36,528 nt of DNA from the NCBI GenBank assembly GCA_036495525.1, contig DASXMR010000138.1, forward strand, positions 1-36,528, in the 5' to 3' direction. How positions within the stretch are numbered: position 1 is the stretch's first letter; each line of letters begins with the position of its first letter. Under the pieces are notes generated by a model that saw only the letters and a program-made list of their open reading frames with translations, did not search any database and was not told the origin of the DNA. The position numbers and the translations under genes are program-made. This document shows positions 19,005 through 27,312 of this stretch, piece after piece. The DNA comes from Streptosporangiaceae bacterium. GTDB lineage: Bacteria > Actinomycetota > Actinomycetes > Streptosporangiales > Streptosporangiaceae.

Positions 19005-20531
19005 GTGGACGGGATCAGGTCCGGGCGCCTCGCTGCGACGGCCAGCTGGCCAGCTCCCGTCGCGACCACGCCGTCCGCCTCGTCCGGCGTCGGCCTGCCC
19101 CCTTCGTCAGGTGCAAGTCCGGCGGGCTTGCCCGGTGCCGACACGCCTGCCTCCTCGGATGTCGGCCCGGTTCCCCCATCGGTTGTCGGCATGCCTGCTT
19201 CGTCGGGTGTCGGCCCCGCTGCCTCGTCTGATGGCGGCCCGCGTGCTTGCTCGGCTGTCGGCCCGCCCGCTTCGTCTGATGCTGGCCCGGCTGCCTCGTC
19301 GGATGCTGGCCCGGCCGGCCAGCCCGGCGATCCGGCGACCTCACCGGCCGGCGCGGCTGGAGGTGACGCACAGCCGCTGCCAGCAGGGCCGGCTGTCGGC
19401 CCGGTAGGACCGGCCGCCACCGCGTTCGCCACCCAGTCCGGCGGCCAGGCAGGGCCGATGGTGTGCGCCGACGACCTTCCCGACGGCCTGGTCATCGCCG
19501 ACCACGCGGGCCGCGTCATCGTCTTCAATCGCGCGGCCAGCCGGCTCACCGGCATCAGCGCGGCCGAGGCGCTCGGCTGCAACCTGTACGCGGTACTGCC
19601 GTTGCAGGACGCCGAGGGTCGCTGCTGGTGGCAGCACTCGCAGCCGTACCACGGCCTGTCGACGCGGACCAGGCACCCCGAGCGGGCTCTCTACCTGCCC
19701 GACGGCCCCGAGCTGATGGTGTCGGTCGGCTACGTCCGTGACCCGCGCGACAGCCTCCACGGCCAGGGCCGGGAGCGCGCTGCCGGCGCGGTGCGCCGGA
19801 TCACGGTCACGCTGCGCAGCGGCGATCAGCGGGCCCGGCTGGAGCGCAGCCGGGCCGACCTGGTCTCGACCGTGGCGCATGAGCTCCGCTCGCCGCTGAC
19901 CAGCGTCAAGGGCTTCACCGCGACGCTGCTCGCCAAGTGGGGCAGGTTCACCGATGACCAGAAGAAGGTCATGCTGGAGACCGTCAACGCGGACGCCGAC
20001 CGGGTCACCAGGCTGATCACCGAGCTGCTCGACGTGTCCAGGATCGAGGCAGGCCGGATCGAGGTACACCGCGAGCTGGTTGACATCCCGGCGCGCGCGG
20101 CCAAGCTGATCAGCGGCCGGGTAGCCGCCGGGGACGCCGAGGACAAGTTCCGGGTCGAGGTCACCCGCCCGCTGCCGGAGACCTGGCTGGACGGCGACAA
20201 GATCGACCAGATCCTCGGCAACCTCATCGAGAACGCCGTCCGACACGGTGCTGGTACGGTAACCACTGTGGTAGAGCCGTCGGCGGTAGCAGGCGCTCCT
20301 GGGGTGACCGTCTCGGTCCGCGACCAGGGGCCCGGCATCGCGCCCGACCTGGCGGCGCGGGTCTTCCGGCAGTTCTGGCGCGCGAAGCGGCGCGGCGGCG
20401 CTGGCCTCGGGCTGTTCATCGTGAAGGGCCTGGTCGAGGCGCTTGGCGGCGAGATCATCGTGCAGCAGGCGCCGGGCGGCGGGGCAGACTTCCGATTTAC
20501 CCTGCCCGCTGGCGTGCCTGACTTCGGCTGA
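19005..20531 (+). CDS. Cytoplasmic PAS-domain sensor histidine kinase with no adjacent response regulator. The N-terminal 150 aa are a heptad repeat and the start is uncertain.
   Basis: PAS-like region (LVIADHAGRVIVFNRAASRLTGISAAEA), HisKA H-box (VAHELRSPLTSVKGF), and HATPase N, G1 and G2 boxes (NLIENAVRHG, DQGPGI, GGAGLGL). ATG 19458 (MVCADDL) is an alternative start. Confidence 0.75.
   Translation: MDGIRSGRLAATASWPAPVATTPSASSGVGLPPSSGASPAGLPGADTPASSDVGPVPPSVVGMPASSGVGPAASSDGGPRACSAVGPPASSDAGPAASSDAGPAGQPGDPATSPAGAAGGDAQPLPAGPAVGPVGPAATAFATQSGGQAGPMVCADDLPDGLVIADHAGRVIVFNRAASRLTGISAAEALGCNLYAVLPLQDAEGRCWWQHSQPYHGLSTRTRHPERALYLPDGPELMVSVGYVRDPRDSLHGQGRERAAGAVRRITVTLRSGDQRARLERSRADLVSTVAHELRSPLTSVKGFTATLLAKWGRFTDDQKKVMLETVNADADRVTRLITELLDVSRIEAGRIEVHRELVDIPARAAKLISGRVAAGDAEDKFRVEVTRPLPETWLDGDKIDQILGNLIENAVRHGAGTVTTVVEPSAVAGAPGVTVSVRDQGPGIAPDLAARVFRQFWRAKRRGGAGLGLFIVKGLVEALGGEIIVQQAPGGGADFRFTLPAGVPDFG
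19145..19320 (+). repeat. About eight tandem 21-nt repeats (gcctcgtcNgatgNtggcccg) encoding ASSD(A/G/V)GP.
   Basis: Direct reading of the sequence. GC3 is not clearly diagnostic of the coding frame here. Confidence 0.7.
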
Positions 20532-20725
20532 CCGGCGGGCGCTCCGGCCGGGACCGGCTGCATCTGCTTCGTCCTGGCAGTGCTAGTGACGGCCAGCCAG
20601 GCCAGGTGAGTGATGGCCCAGGCTGGCCAGCCAGGCGGCGGCGGGCCGCTCGGCCCTTTCGTTCTGCATGATCGTGGGTCTTGCCCACGGGACAACCACC
20701 GGTGACCGCAGGAGAGCAGCAAGCC

Positions 20726-21844
20726 ATGTCCGCACCGAATAAGAGCTACGATCCCGTGCCGGTCACGGCGCTGTCCGCCGACGAAGTGGCACGGATGCAG
20801 GCCGAGGCGCTCGCCGCCATCGCCGCCGCCGCCGACCTGGACCAGCTGAAGGCCGCCCGGCTGGCGCACGCCGGTGACCGGGCGCCGATCACGCTGGCCA
20901 ACGCCGAGATCGGGGCGCTGCCGCCGGCCGCCAGGGCGGAGGCGGGCAAGCGCGTCGGCACGGCCAGGGCCGCCATCCGCGCCGCGCTCGCCAGCCGGCA
21001 GCAGGAGCTCGAAGCCGACCGCGATCGCAGGGTGCTGGTCGAGGAGGCGGTCGATGTCACGCTGCCCTGGGACCGCGCGCTGCCTGGCGCCAGGCACCCG
21101 GTGACCACCGTGGCCGAGCGGCTGGCTGACGTGTTCGTCGACATGGGCTACGAGATCGCCGAAGGCCCAGAAGTCGAGGCCGAGTGGTACAACTTCGACG
21201 CGCTGAACTTCCCGCCCGACCATCCGGCCAGGGAAATGCAGGACACGTTCTTCGTGGCGGGCCCGGACGGCGGGCACTCCGGCATGGTGCTGCGCACCCA
21301 CACCTCGCCGGTGCAGATCCGGGCCATGCTCACCAGGCCGCTGCCGCTGTACGTGGTCAGCCCTGGCAAGTGCTTCCGCAGCGACACGCTGGACGCCACG
21401 CACAGCCCGGTGTTCCACCAGATCGAGGGCCTGGCCGTCGACGAGGGACTCACCATGGCCGACCTGCGGGGCGCGATCAGCTCGTTCGTCGAGGCGATGT
21501 TCGGCGAGGGGCTGCGCACCCGGCTGCGCCCCGACTTCTTCCCGTTCACCGAGCCGTCCGCTGACGTGTCGATGGAATGCCACGTCTGCCGCGGCGCCTC
21601 GGCCCGGCCGGGCGGCGCCCCGTGCCGGGTGTGCCGCTCGCAGGGCTGGATCGAGATCGCCGGCTGCGGCATGGTCAACCCGCGGGTGCTGGTGGCGTGC
21701 GGCATCGACCCGGACCGCTACAGCGGCTTCGCCTTCGGGCTGGGCATCGAGCGAGCCCTGATGATCAGGCACGGCGTCACCGACATCAGGGACACCGTCG
21801 AAGGCGACGTGCGGTTCAGCCGCGCGTTCGGAACGGAGGCGTGA
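20726..21844 (+). CDS. pheS: Phenylalanine--tRNA ligase alpha subunit, about 372 aa.
   Basis: Class II motifs (FRSDTLDATHSPVFHQIEG, the GCGMV region, GFAFGLGIERAL). GGAGAG lies 9 nt before ATG 20726; ATG 20681 is an alternative. Confidence 0.9.
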   Translation: MSAPNKSYDPVPVTALSADEVARMQAEALAAIAAAADLDQLKAARLAHAGDRAPITLANAEIGALPPAARAEAGKRVGTARAAIRAALASRQQELEADRDRRVLVEEAVDVTLPWDRALPGARHPVTTVAERLADVFVDMGYEIAEGPEVEAEWYNFDALNFPPDHPAREMQDTFFVAGPDGGHSGMVLRTHTSPVQIRAMLTRPLPLYVVSPGKCFRSDTLDATHSPVFHQIEGLAVDEGLTMADLRGAISSFVEAMFGEGLRTRLRPDFFPFTEPSADVSMECHVCRGASARPGGAPCRVCRSQGWIEIAGCGMVNPRVLVACGIDPDRYSGFAFGLGIERALMIRHGVTDIRDTVEGDVRFSRAFGTEA

Positions 21845-24543
21845 TGCTGGTCCCGCTGTCCTGGCTGCTGGAGTACGCGGCGCTGCAGCCAGCCGACGAG
21901 GGCGGCCCGGACGTCACCGAGATCGCCCGGCGGCTCACCGCCGCCGGGCTGGAGATCGAGGGGATCGACCACGTCGGCCAGGACATCACCGGCGTCGTGG
22001 TCGCCCAGGTGCTGGACATCGAGGAGCTGACCGGGTTCAGCAAGCCGATCCGGTACTGCCGGGTGACCTACGGCCAGGACGCCGAGCGGTCGGTCATCTG
22101 CGGCGCGGTCAACTTCTCGGCCGGCGACCGCGTCCCGCTCGCGCTGCCCGGCGCCGTGCTGCCCGGCGGGTTCAAGATCAGCGCGCGCAAGACCTACGGG
22201 CACGTCTCAGACGGGATGATCTGCTCCGCGGCCGAGCTGGCCATCGGCGAAGACCACGCCGGGATCCTGGTGCTGCCGGCCGACGCGCCGCTCGGTGCCG
22301 ACTTCGCCGGCTACGCCGGGCTACGCGACGACGTCCTGGACGTCAACGTGACACCGGACAAGGGCTACGCGATGTCGGTACGCGGCGTGGCCAGGGAGCT
22401 GGCCATCGCGTTCGGCGCGGACTACACCGACCCTGCTGACGTCGGCCTGCCCGGCCCGGACGAGGTCGGCCGCCAGTCAGCCGAGGTCTACCCGGCCAGC
22501 ATCGAGGACCCCACCGCCTGCGACCGGTTCGTGCTGCGCGAGGTGCACGGCATCGATCCGGCCGCGCCGGTCCCGCTATGGCTGCGGGTACGGCTGGCCA
22601 GGGCCGGGATGCGCACCGTGTCACTGGCCGTCGACGTCACCAACTACCTGATGGTCGAGCTCGGCCAGCCGCTGCACGCTTTCGACCGGGCCAGCCTCAG
22701 CGGGCCGATCGTGGTACGGCGGGCGCGCGAGGGCGAGCGGCTCGAGACCCTGGACCACGTGGTCAGGGACCTGGACCCGGACGACATCCTGATCACCGAC
22801 TCGTCCGGGCCGATATCGCTGGCCGGCACCATGGGCGGGCTGGCCACCGAGGTGACCGATCAGTCGGCTGACCTGGTGATCGAGGCCGCGCACTTCTCCG
22901 CCGCCGGTACCGCGCGGATGAGCCGCCGGCACCGGCTGGAGAGCCCGGCGTCGGCCAGGTTCGCCCGCGGCGTCGACCACGAGCTGCAGCTGCGCGCGTC
23001 CGCCAGGGCCGCGGCCATGCTGACCGCGCTCGGCGGCGGCACGGTGCTGCCCGGCTGCACGTACGCCAGCGCGCCGGTCGACCAGGTCTCGGTCGTGCTC
23101 GCCGCTGACTACCCCGACCAGGTCGCCGGCACCGTCTACGGGCTTAGCACCGTCACCTCGCGGCTGCGCCAGGTCGGCTGCGAGGTCAGCGTGACCGACG
23201 AGGCCGCCGGACCGCCGCCCAGCACGGCGGAGGCAATCGGCGCGATCCTGCCGAGCAGGCACGTGCGCCATGAGCACGGGCGACACGACCGGGCCGGGCG
23301 GCTGATGGCCGTGATACCGCCGTCGTGGCGGCCCGACCTGACCGACCCGAGCGACCTGGCCGAGGAGGTCATCAGGCTCGAGGGATATGAGAAGGTCCCG
23401 GTGCGGTTGCCGAAGGCACCGCCCGGACGCGGCCGCACGGCGCGGCAGCGGATGCGGCGCTCGATCGGCCGCTCGCTGGCCGACGCTGGCTACGTCGAAG
23501 TGCTCAGCAGCCCGTTCGCGTCGGCGGCCGACGCGGATCGGCTGCAGCTCGCCGTGGACGACCCGCGCCGCCGCGGCCCTGTGATCGCGAATCCGCTGAG
23601 CGAGGAGGAGCCACTGCTGCGCACCACGCTGCTGCCGGGACTGCTCCGGGTGCTCAGCCGCAACCTGGGCCGCGGCTTCGCCGATGTCGCCCTGTTCGAG
23701 ACCGGCACTGTCTTCCTGGCCAAGGCGAACGCACCGCGTTCTGCGCCGATCTTGCGTGTCGACCGCGGGCCGACAGTCAGCGAGGTCGCCTCGCTGGAGG
23801 CCGCCCTGCCCGAGCAGCCGCTGCACGTCGGTGCCGTGCTGTCCGGGGACATCGAGCAGGCCGGCTGGTGGGGGACCGGCCGCCGGGTCAGCTGGGCTGA
23901 CGCAATCGAGGCTGCCCGGATCGTGCTGCGGGTCAGCCGGGCCGAGTTCAGCGTCCAGGCTGACCACCAGGAGCCCTGGCATCCTGGCAGGTGCGCGGCT
24001 CTGTACGTGCAGCCGAGCGAGGGTCAGCAGTGGCTGGCTGGCTACGCCGGCGAGCTGCACCCGCGTGTCGTCCAGGCGTTCGGCCTGCCGCCGCGCAGCT
24101 GCGCGATGGAGCTGGACCTGTCAGCGGTCGAGACCGCGGCTGCCGATCTCGGCCCGGTCCAGGCCCCGGTCATCTCGGCTTACCCGCCGGCCACGCAGGA
24201 CGTCGCGCTGATCGTCGCCCAGTCAGTACCTGCCGCCGACGTCGAGGCCGCCCTGACGGCCGGCGCGGCGAGGCTGTCGCCTGACGGCGATGGCTCCGGC
24301 GACAGCGACGGGTCCAGCGACGGCGACACCGGGACGGCCGGCGGCATCATGCTGGAGGACGTGCGGCTGTTCGACGTCTACACCGGCGAGCAGGTCGGCG
24401 ACGGCAACAAGTCGCTGGCCTACACGCTGCGCTTCCGCGCGCCCGACCGCACCCTGACCGCCGGGGAGGCAGCAGCCGCGAGGGACGCAGCGGTCGCCGA
24501 GGCAGCCAGGCAGACCGGCGCCGTCCTACGCGGCGGTTCCTGA
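21844..24543 (+). CDS. pheT: Phenylalanine--tRNA ligase beta subunit, 899 aa.
   Basis: tRNA-binding N-domain (VVAQVLDIEELTGFSKPIRYCRVTYG), B3/4, B5 and FDX-ACB domains. The ATG overlaps the pheS stop as ATGA. The 21577 extension is rejected. Confidence 0.92.
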   Translation: MLVPLSWLLEYAALQPADEGGPDVTEIARRLTAAGLEIEGIDHVGQDITGVVVAQVLDIEELTGFSKPIRYCRVTYGQDAERSVICGAVNFSAGDRVPLALPGAVLPGGFKISARKTYGHVSDGMICSAAELAIGEDHAGILVLPADAPLGADFAGYAGLRDDVLDVNVTPDKGYAMSVRGVARELAIAFGADYTDPADVGLPGPDEVGRQSAEVYPASIEDPTACDRFVLREVHGIDPAAPVPLWLRVRLARAGMRTVSLAVDVTNYLMVELGQPLHAFDRASLSGPIVVRRAREGERLETLDHVVRDLDPDDILITDSSGPISLAGTMGGLATEVTDQSADLVIEAAHFSAAGTARMSRRHRLESPASARFARGVDHELQLRASARAAAMLTALGGGTVLPGCTYASAPVDQVSVVLAADYPDQVAGTVYGLSTVTSRLRQVGCEVSVTDEAAGPPPSTAEAIGAILPSRHVRHEHGRHDRAGRLMAVIPPSWRPDLTDPSDLAEEVIRLEGYEKVPVRLPKAPPGRGRTARQRMRRSIGRSLADAGYVEVLSSPFASAADADRLQLAVDDPRRRGPVIANPLSEEEPLLRTTLLPGLLRVLSRNLGRGFADVALFETGTVFLAKANAPRSAPILRVDRGPTVSEVASLEAALPEQPLHVGAVLSGDIEQAGWWGTGRRVSWADAIEAARIVLRVSRAEFSVQADHQEPWHPGRCAALYVQPSEGQQWLAGYAGELHPRVVQAFGLPPRSCAMELDLSAVETAAADLGPVQAPVISAYPPATQDVALIVAQSVPAADVEAALTAGAARLSPDGDGSGDSDGSSDGDTGTAGGIMLEDVRLFDVYTGEQVGDGNKSLAYTLRFRAPDRTLTAGEAAAARDAAVAEAARQTGAVLRGGS

Positions 24544-24648
24544 GGCTGCACCGCCAGGACCCATGCGGGATCCATGCAGGCCGGCGCCCTGGTGCTCGGC
24601 GGGTCATGAGTTAGCCTCTAGCCGAGCGCTGCAACGTGCAGAAAGCCG

Positions 24649-24876
24649 GTGCTGACAGTGCCTGCTGGGTCGCAGCCAGCGAGCGGGCTGCTCGGGGTGG
24701 TGGGCAGGGTGACTGTGTCGATCCCGGCCGACGGCCCTGGCGAGGTATTGCTGCCGGTCCGGGGCGGGGCCGAGGGCTTCGCCGCGTGGTCCGACGAGCC
24801 CATAGCGCGGCACAGCCGAGTCATTGTCGTCGAGTGCATGTCTGCTCGCTCGGTGTTCGTCACCCCTTTCCCGTAG
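24649..24876 (+). CDS. Stand-alone NfeD-like OB-fold small protein, 75 aa, with no membrane segment.
   Basis: Pattern G.VG.V.V.IP.DG.G.VLLPV.G.....A.S.E.I....V.VVE.....V.V matches the C-terminal beta-barrel of NfeD/YuaF proteins that normally precede flotillin genes. GC3 is about 80%. It lies 45 nt upstream of the flotillin start and has no strong RBS. Confidence 0.45.
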   Translation: MLTVPAGSQPASGLLGVVGRVTVSIPADGPGEVLLPVRGGAEGFAAWSDEPIARHSRVIVVECMSARSVFVTPFP

Positions 24877-24921
24877 CGGTTGCTATCAGGGCTGCCCTCG
24901 GGTTCCTTCCTGGAGACCATC

Positions 24922-26253
24922 ATGTTGTTCTGGCGTGTCCCCGCACCCAACGAGGCACTACTGATTTCTGGCTCCAAAAGCCGCAGGCATGACACCCAGT
25001 TCCGGATCGTGACGGGGCACGGCAGCTTTGTACTGCCCGTGCTTCGGAAGGCGCGGCTGCTGTCACTGGCGCTGCGCGAATCGGAGATTGTCGAGGACTG
25101 CATCACCCAGCAAGGCATTCGGCTTAACGTCCGCGCAGTCGCGGCTTTTAAGGTCGGCGACGACCCGGTGTCTATTGCCAACGCCGCCCGCCGGTTCCTG
25201 TCCGAGCAAGACCGCATGGAGGTACTGGTCGGCCGCGTCTTCGCCGGGCACCTGCGATCTATCGTCGGCGGGCTCACCGTCGAGCAGATCATCCGCGAGC
25301 GTGACCGGGTCGCGCAGGAAGTCAAGGACGGCAGCCACGCCGAGATGGAGAAGCTCGGCATCGTCGTCGACGCGCTGGAGATTCAGGAGATCGAGGACGG
25401 CACCGGGTACATCAACAACCTCGCCGCGCCGCACGCCGCCGTGGTGGCCAGCCAGGCACGTATCGCGAGGGCCGCTGCAGATCAGGAGGCAACGGAGCGC
25501 GAACTGCAGGTCGCGGCCATGAAGGCGCAGTACGAGCGGGACACCGCGATCAAGCGCGCCGGGTTTCTGGCGGAGACCGAGGAAGCTAAGGCCAGGGCCG
25601 CCCAGGCCGGGCCGCTCGCCGAGGCAGAGGCGTCGCAGCAGGTCATCGAGCAGCAGACGGTGCTCGCCGGGCGGGAGGCGGCGCTCGCAGCGCAGCGGCT
25701 TGAGGCAGCGGTGCGCCGCCCAGCCGACGCCGAGGCCTACCGCAAGCGGACGCTGGCCGAGGCTGACCGGGACCAGGCTAGGTTCACGGCCGACGCGGAG
25801 GCATATCGCAGCACGACCCTGGCCGAGGCACAGGCCACGGCGATGCGGGTGCAGGCATCGGCTGCCGCCGACGCCACCCGGGCGAAAGCAGGCGGCGAGG
25901 CAGCGGCGAACACGGCGCTGGCCTCCTCGCTGCGCGATGGCAACCAGGAACTGATCGCCGCCAGCAGCATCATCGAGCACCTGCCCAAGCTGGTCGAGGC
26001 GGCGTCGCGCGGGCTCGCCGACTCGAACCTGACGATTCTGAACGGCGCACAGGGCGTCAGCGAAATGATCGCCGGACTGGTAGCGCAGGGCCTGTCCGTT
26101 CTCGACCTGCTGCGCGCGTCGGCCGCGCCGGGCGGTGGCGCGACCATCGTCCCCGTCCGGACGCAGAACGGGTCGCCGGCTGGCCCGCCGGATGCCAGAG
26201 TTGCGCAGCCAGCCAGCGGCAATGCGACGCCGGCTGGCCAGATGCCGGGCTAA
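24922..26253 (+). CDS. Flotillin-like SPFH/band-7 domain protein, about 443 aa.
   Basis: N-terminal MLFWRVPAPNEALLISG, SPFH core and a long Ala/Glu-rich coiled-coil region typical of FloT/YuaG-type flotillins. ATG 24922. Confidence 0.8.
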   Translation: MLFWRVPAPNEALLISGSKSRRHDTQFRIVTGHGSFVLPVLRKARLLSLALRESEIVEDCITQQGIRLNVRAVAAFKVGDDPVSIANAARRFLSEQDRMEVLVGRVFAGHLRSIVGGLTVEQIIRERDRVAQEVKDGSHAEMEKLGIVVDALEIQEIEDGTGYINNLAAPHAAVVASQARIARAAADQEATERELQVAAMKAQYERDTAIKRAGFLAETEEAKARAAQAGPLAEAEASQQVIEQQTVLAGREAALAAQRLEAAVRRPADAEAYRKRTLAEADRDQARFTADAEAYRSTTLAEAQATAMRVQASAAADATRAKAGGEAAANTALASSLRDGNQELIAASSIIEHLPKLVEAASRGLADSNLTILNGAQGVSEMIAGLVAQGLSVLDLLRASAAPGGGATIVPVRTQNGSPAGPPDARVAQPASGNATPAGQMPG

Positions 26254-26449
26254 GGCGGCGCCCCGCGCGGTCCGGGTGCCGACCGGGCTCAGCGGGCCAA
26301 TGCCGGCAACACCCGCACGCAGCTCATCGACAGTGTGAAAGTCGCCGGCCGCGATCTCGTGGTCGGCAGCGAGGATGTCCGATACGGCGCTGGGCCGGCG
26401 AGCAAGGTTACTGCTGCTCACCTCGGTCGGTGCCTCGCTGACAGCGCGG

Positions 26450-26905
26450 TCAGGCGGGGGTGGGGAGGACCGCAAGGATCTCGCTGGTGCCAAGCACGCA
26501 CTTGGAAGCGTTGCCGGTCTTGAGCACCTCGGGGGTCGTGAAGCCCTGGCAGATCCAGCCGTGCACCTTCACCGGGCCGCCGCCGCCGTTGCCTGGCGCC
26601 TTGCCCTCTTCGATCGCCTTCGCGTAAGCGCGCTCGATGGTCATCGCCTGGCTGCACGACACCTGGCCGCGCGCGACCTCTATGTTCACCGGTACGTTGG
26701 CCGCGGTCTTGGTGCTGCCGCATTTCGCCACCACGGCAGTGGTGGCGCTGCCGGAGCCCGCATCCGGCTTGCCGGCCTTGTGCCCGATAGCGCAGCTAGC
26801 GGCCACCAGCACGACGGCTATCGTCATGGCGGCGTACCCGGCAGCGGCCAGGGCCCGGGCTCGCGGCCTGGCATCAGGCGCGGCTGCCCGCGGGCGAGCA
26901 AGCAT
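26450..26905 (-). CDS. Putative secreted lipoprotein of unknown function, 151 aa.
   Basis: Signal peptide with lipobox-like VAASC, four further Cys, and a Gly-rich loop. GAGAGGAGG RBS before the minus-strand ATG. High GC3. The overlapping + ORF 26375..27025 is Arg-rich nonsense. Confidence 0.6.
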   Translation of the reverse strand: MLARPRAAAPDARPRARALAAAGYAAMTIAVVLVAASCAIGHKAGKPDAGSGSATTAVVAKCGSTKTAANVPVNIEVARGQVSCSQAMTIERAYAKAIEEGKAPGNGGGGPVKVHGWICQGFTTPEVLKTGNASKCVLGTSEILAVLPTPA

Positions 26906-27030
26906 GCGGCCTCCTCTCGCTGCGCGAACACATCATGCCGCAGATTCCGGCGAACCCGAACCGGCTCCCGCAATCGGTCTCAAACTCGGCGCATTCGATC
27001 ATGCCTGCACCGTCAGACGCACTAAGGTGG

Positions 27031-27065
27031 TTGCATAAAAACTCGTAAGTCTGCATAATCATTCA
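27031..27065 (+). promoter_or_regulatory. AT-rich promoter with overlapping ArgR operator (ARG-box-like) upstream of argC: -35 TTGCAT, a 17-nt spacer, -10 CATAAT, and two TGCATA half-sites.
   Basis: TTGCATAAAAACTCGTAAGTCTGCATAATCATTCA is the only strongly AT-rich stretch in the area. TGCATAATCATTCA is 12/14 identical to the palindromic ARG-box core TGAATAATTATTCA. Confidence 0.5.
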
Positions 27066-27312
27066 GGTGGGCGAGCCATCGGCGGCGAGCTCAGGACGGC
27101 GCCGGCAGGCGGCGAGCGGTTCGGCTGGTCAGCCAGGATCGGCTCACTGGCCGCCTCCCTGGCGGCCAGCCAGGCCCGGCGCAGCACCGGCAGGGTCGGC
27201 GGTGGCAGGGACCGGCGGTACGGGCCGCGGCCGGCCGGGCCGCCACTGACCGGATAGCGGCACCGGTCACGGCGCGGGCGGCCGATGCAGTTCACAAGCT
27301 TGAGGAGGGTCG

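Noticed and set aside
12541-19320. Possibility that the tandem repeats (mltG, infC tail, kinase N-terminus) are CRISPR arrays or mobile elements.
   Set aside because: The repeats are contiguous, with no unique spacers. They are in frame within coding sequence and there are no cas genes or transposases nearby. They are coding microsatellites.
17411-19582. 723-aa minus-strand ORF spanning rplT 3', the TrmH gene, the structured spacer and the kinase repeats.
   Set aside because: It runs antisense through two confidently identified + strand genes. Its translation is low-complexity, and GC3 across the hairpin region is low. This is a typical long antisense ORF in 75% GC DNA.
19826-24060. Long minus ORFs 19826..21772 (648 aa) and 22621..24060 (479 aa), and the + extension 21577..21843 of pheT.
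   Set aside because: They are antisense to the histidine kinase, pheS and pheT, which have unmistakable homology in the + frames. pheT starts at the ATG overlapping the pheS stop.
24618-26493. Minus ORFs 24618..25361 and 25063..26493 (476 aa), and + ORFs 24636..24992 and 25028..25522, around the flotillin gene.
   Set aside because: The + frame 24922..26253 has a clear SPFH domain and coiled-coil tail. The competitors are antisense or frame-shifted with Arg/Pro-rich products.
26375-27025. + strand 216-aa ORF opposite the lipoprotein gene.
   Set aside because: Its translation is Arg/His-rich with no signal or domains. The minus-strand lipoprotein frame has an RBS, a signal peptide and strong GC3 bias.
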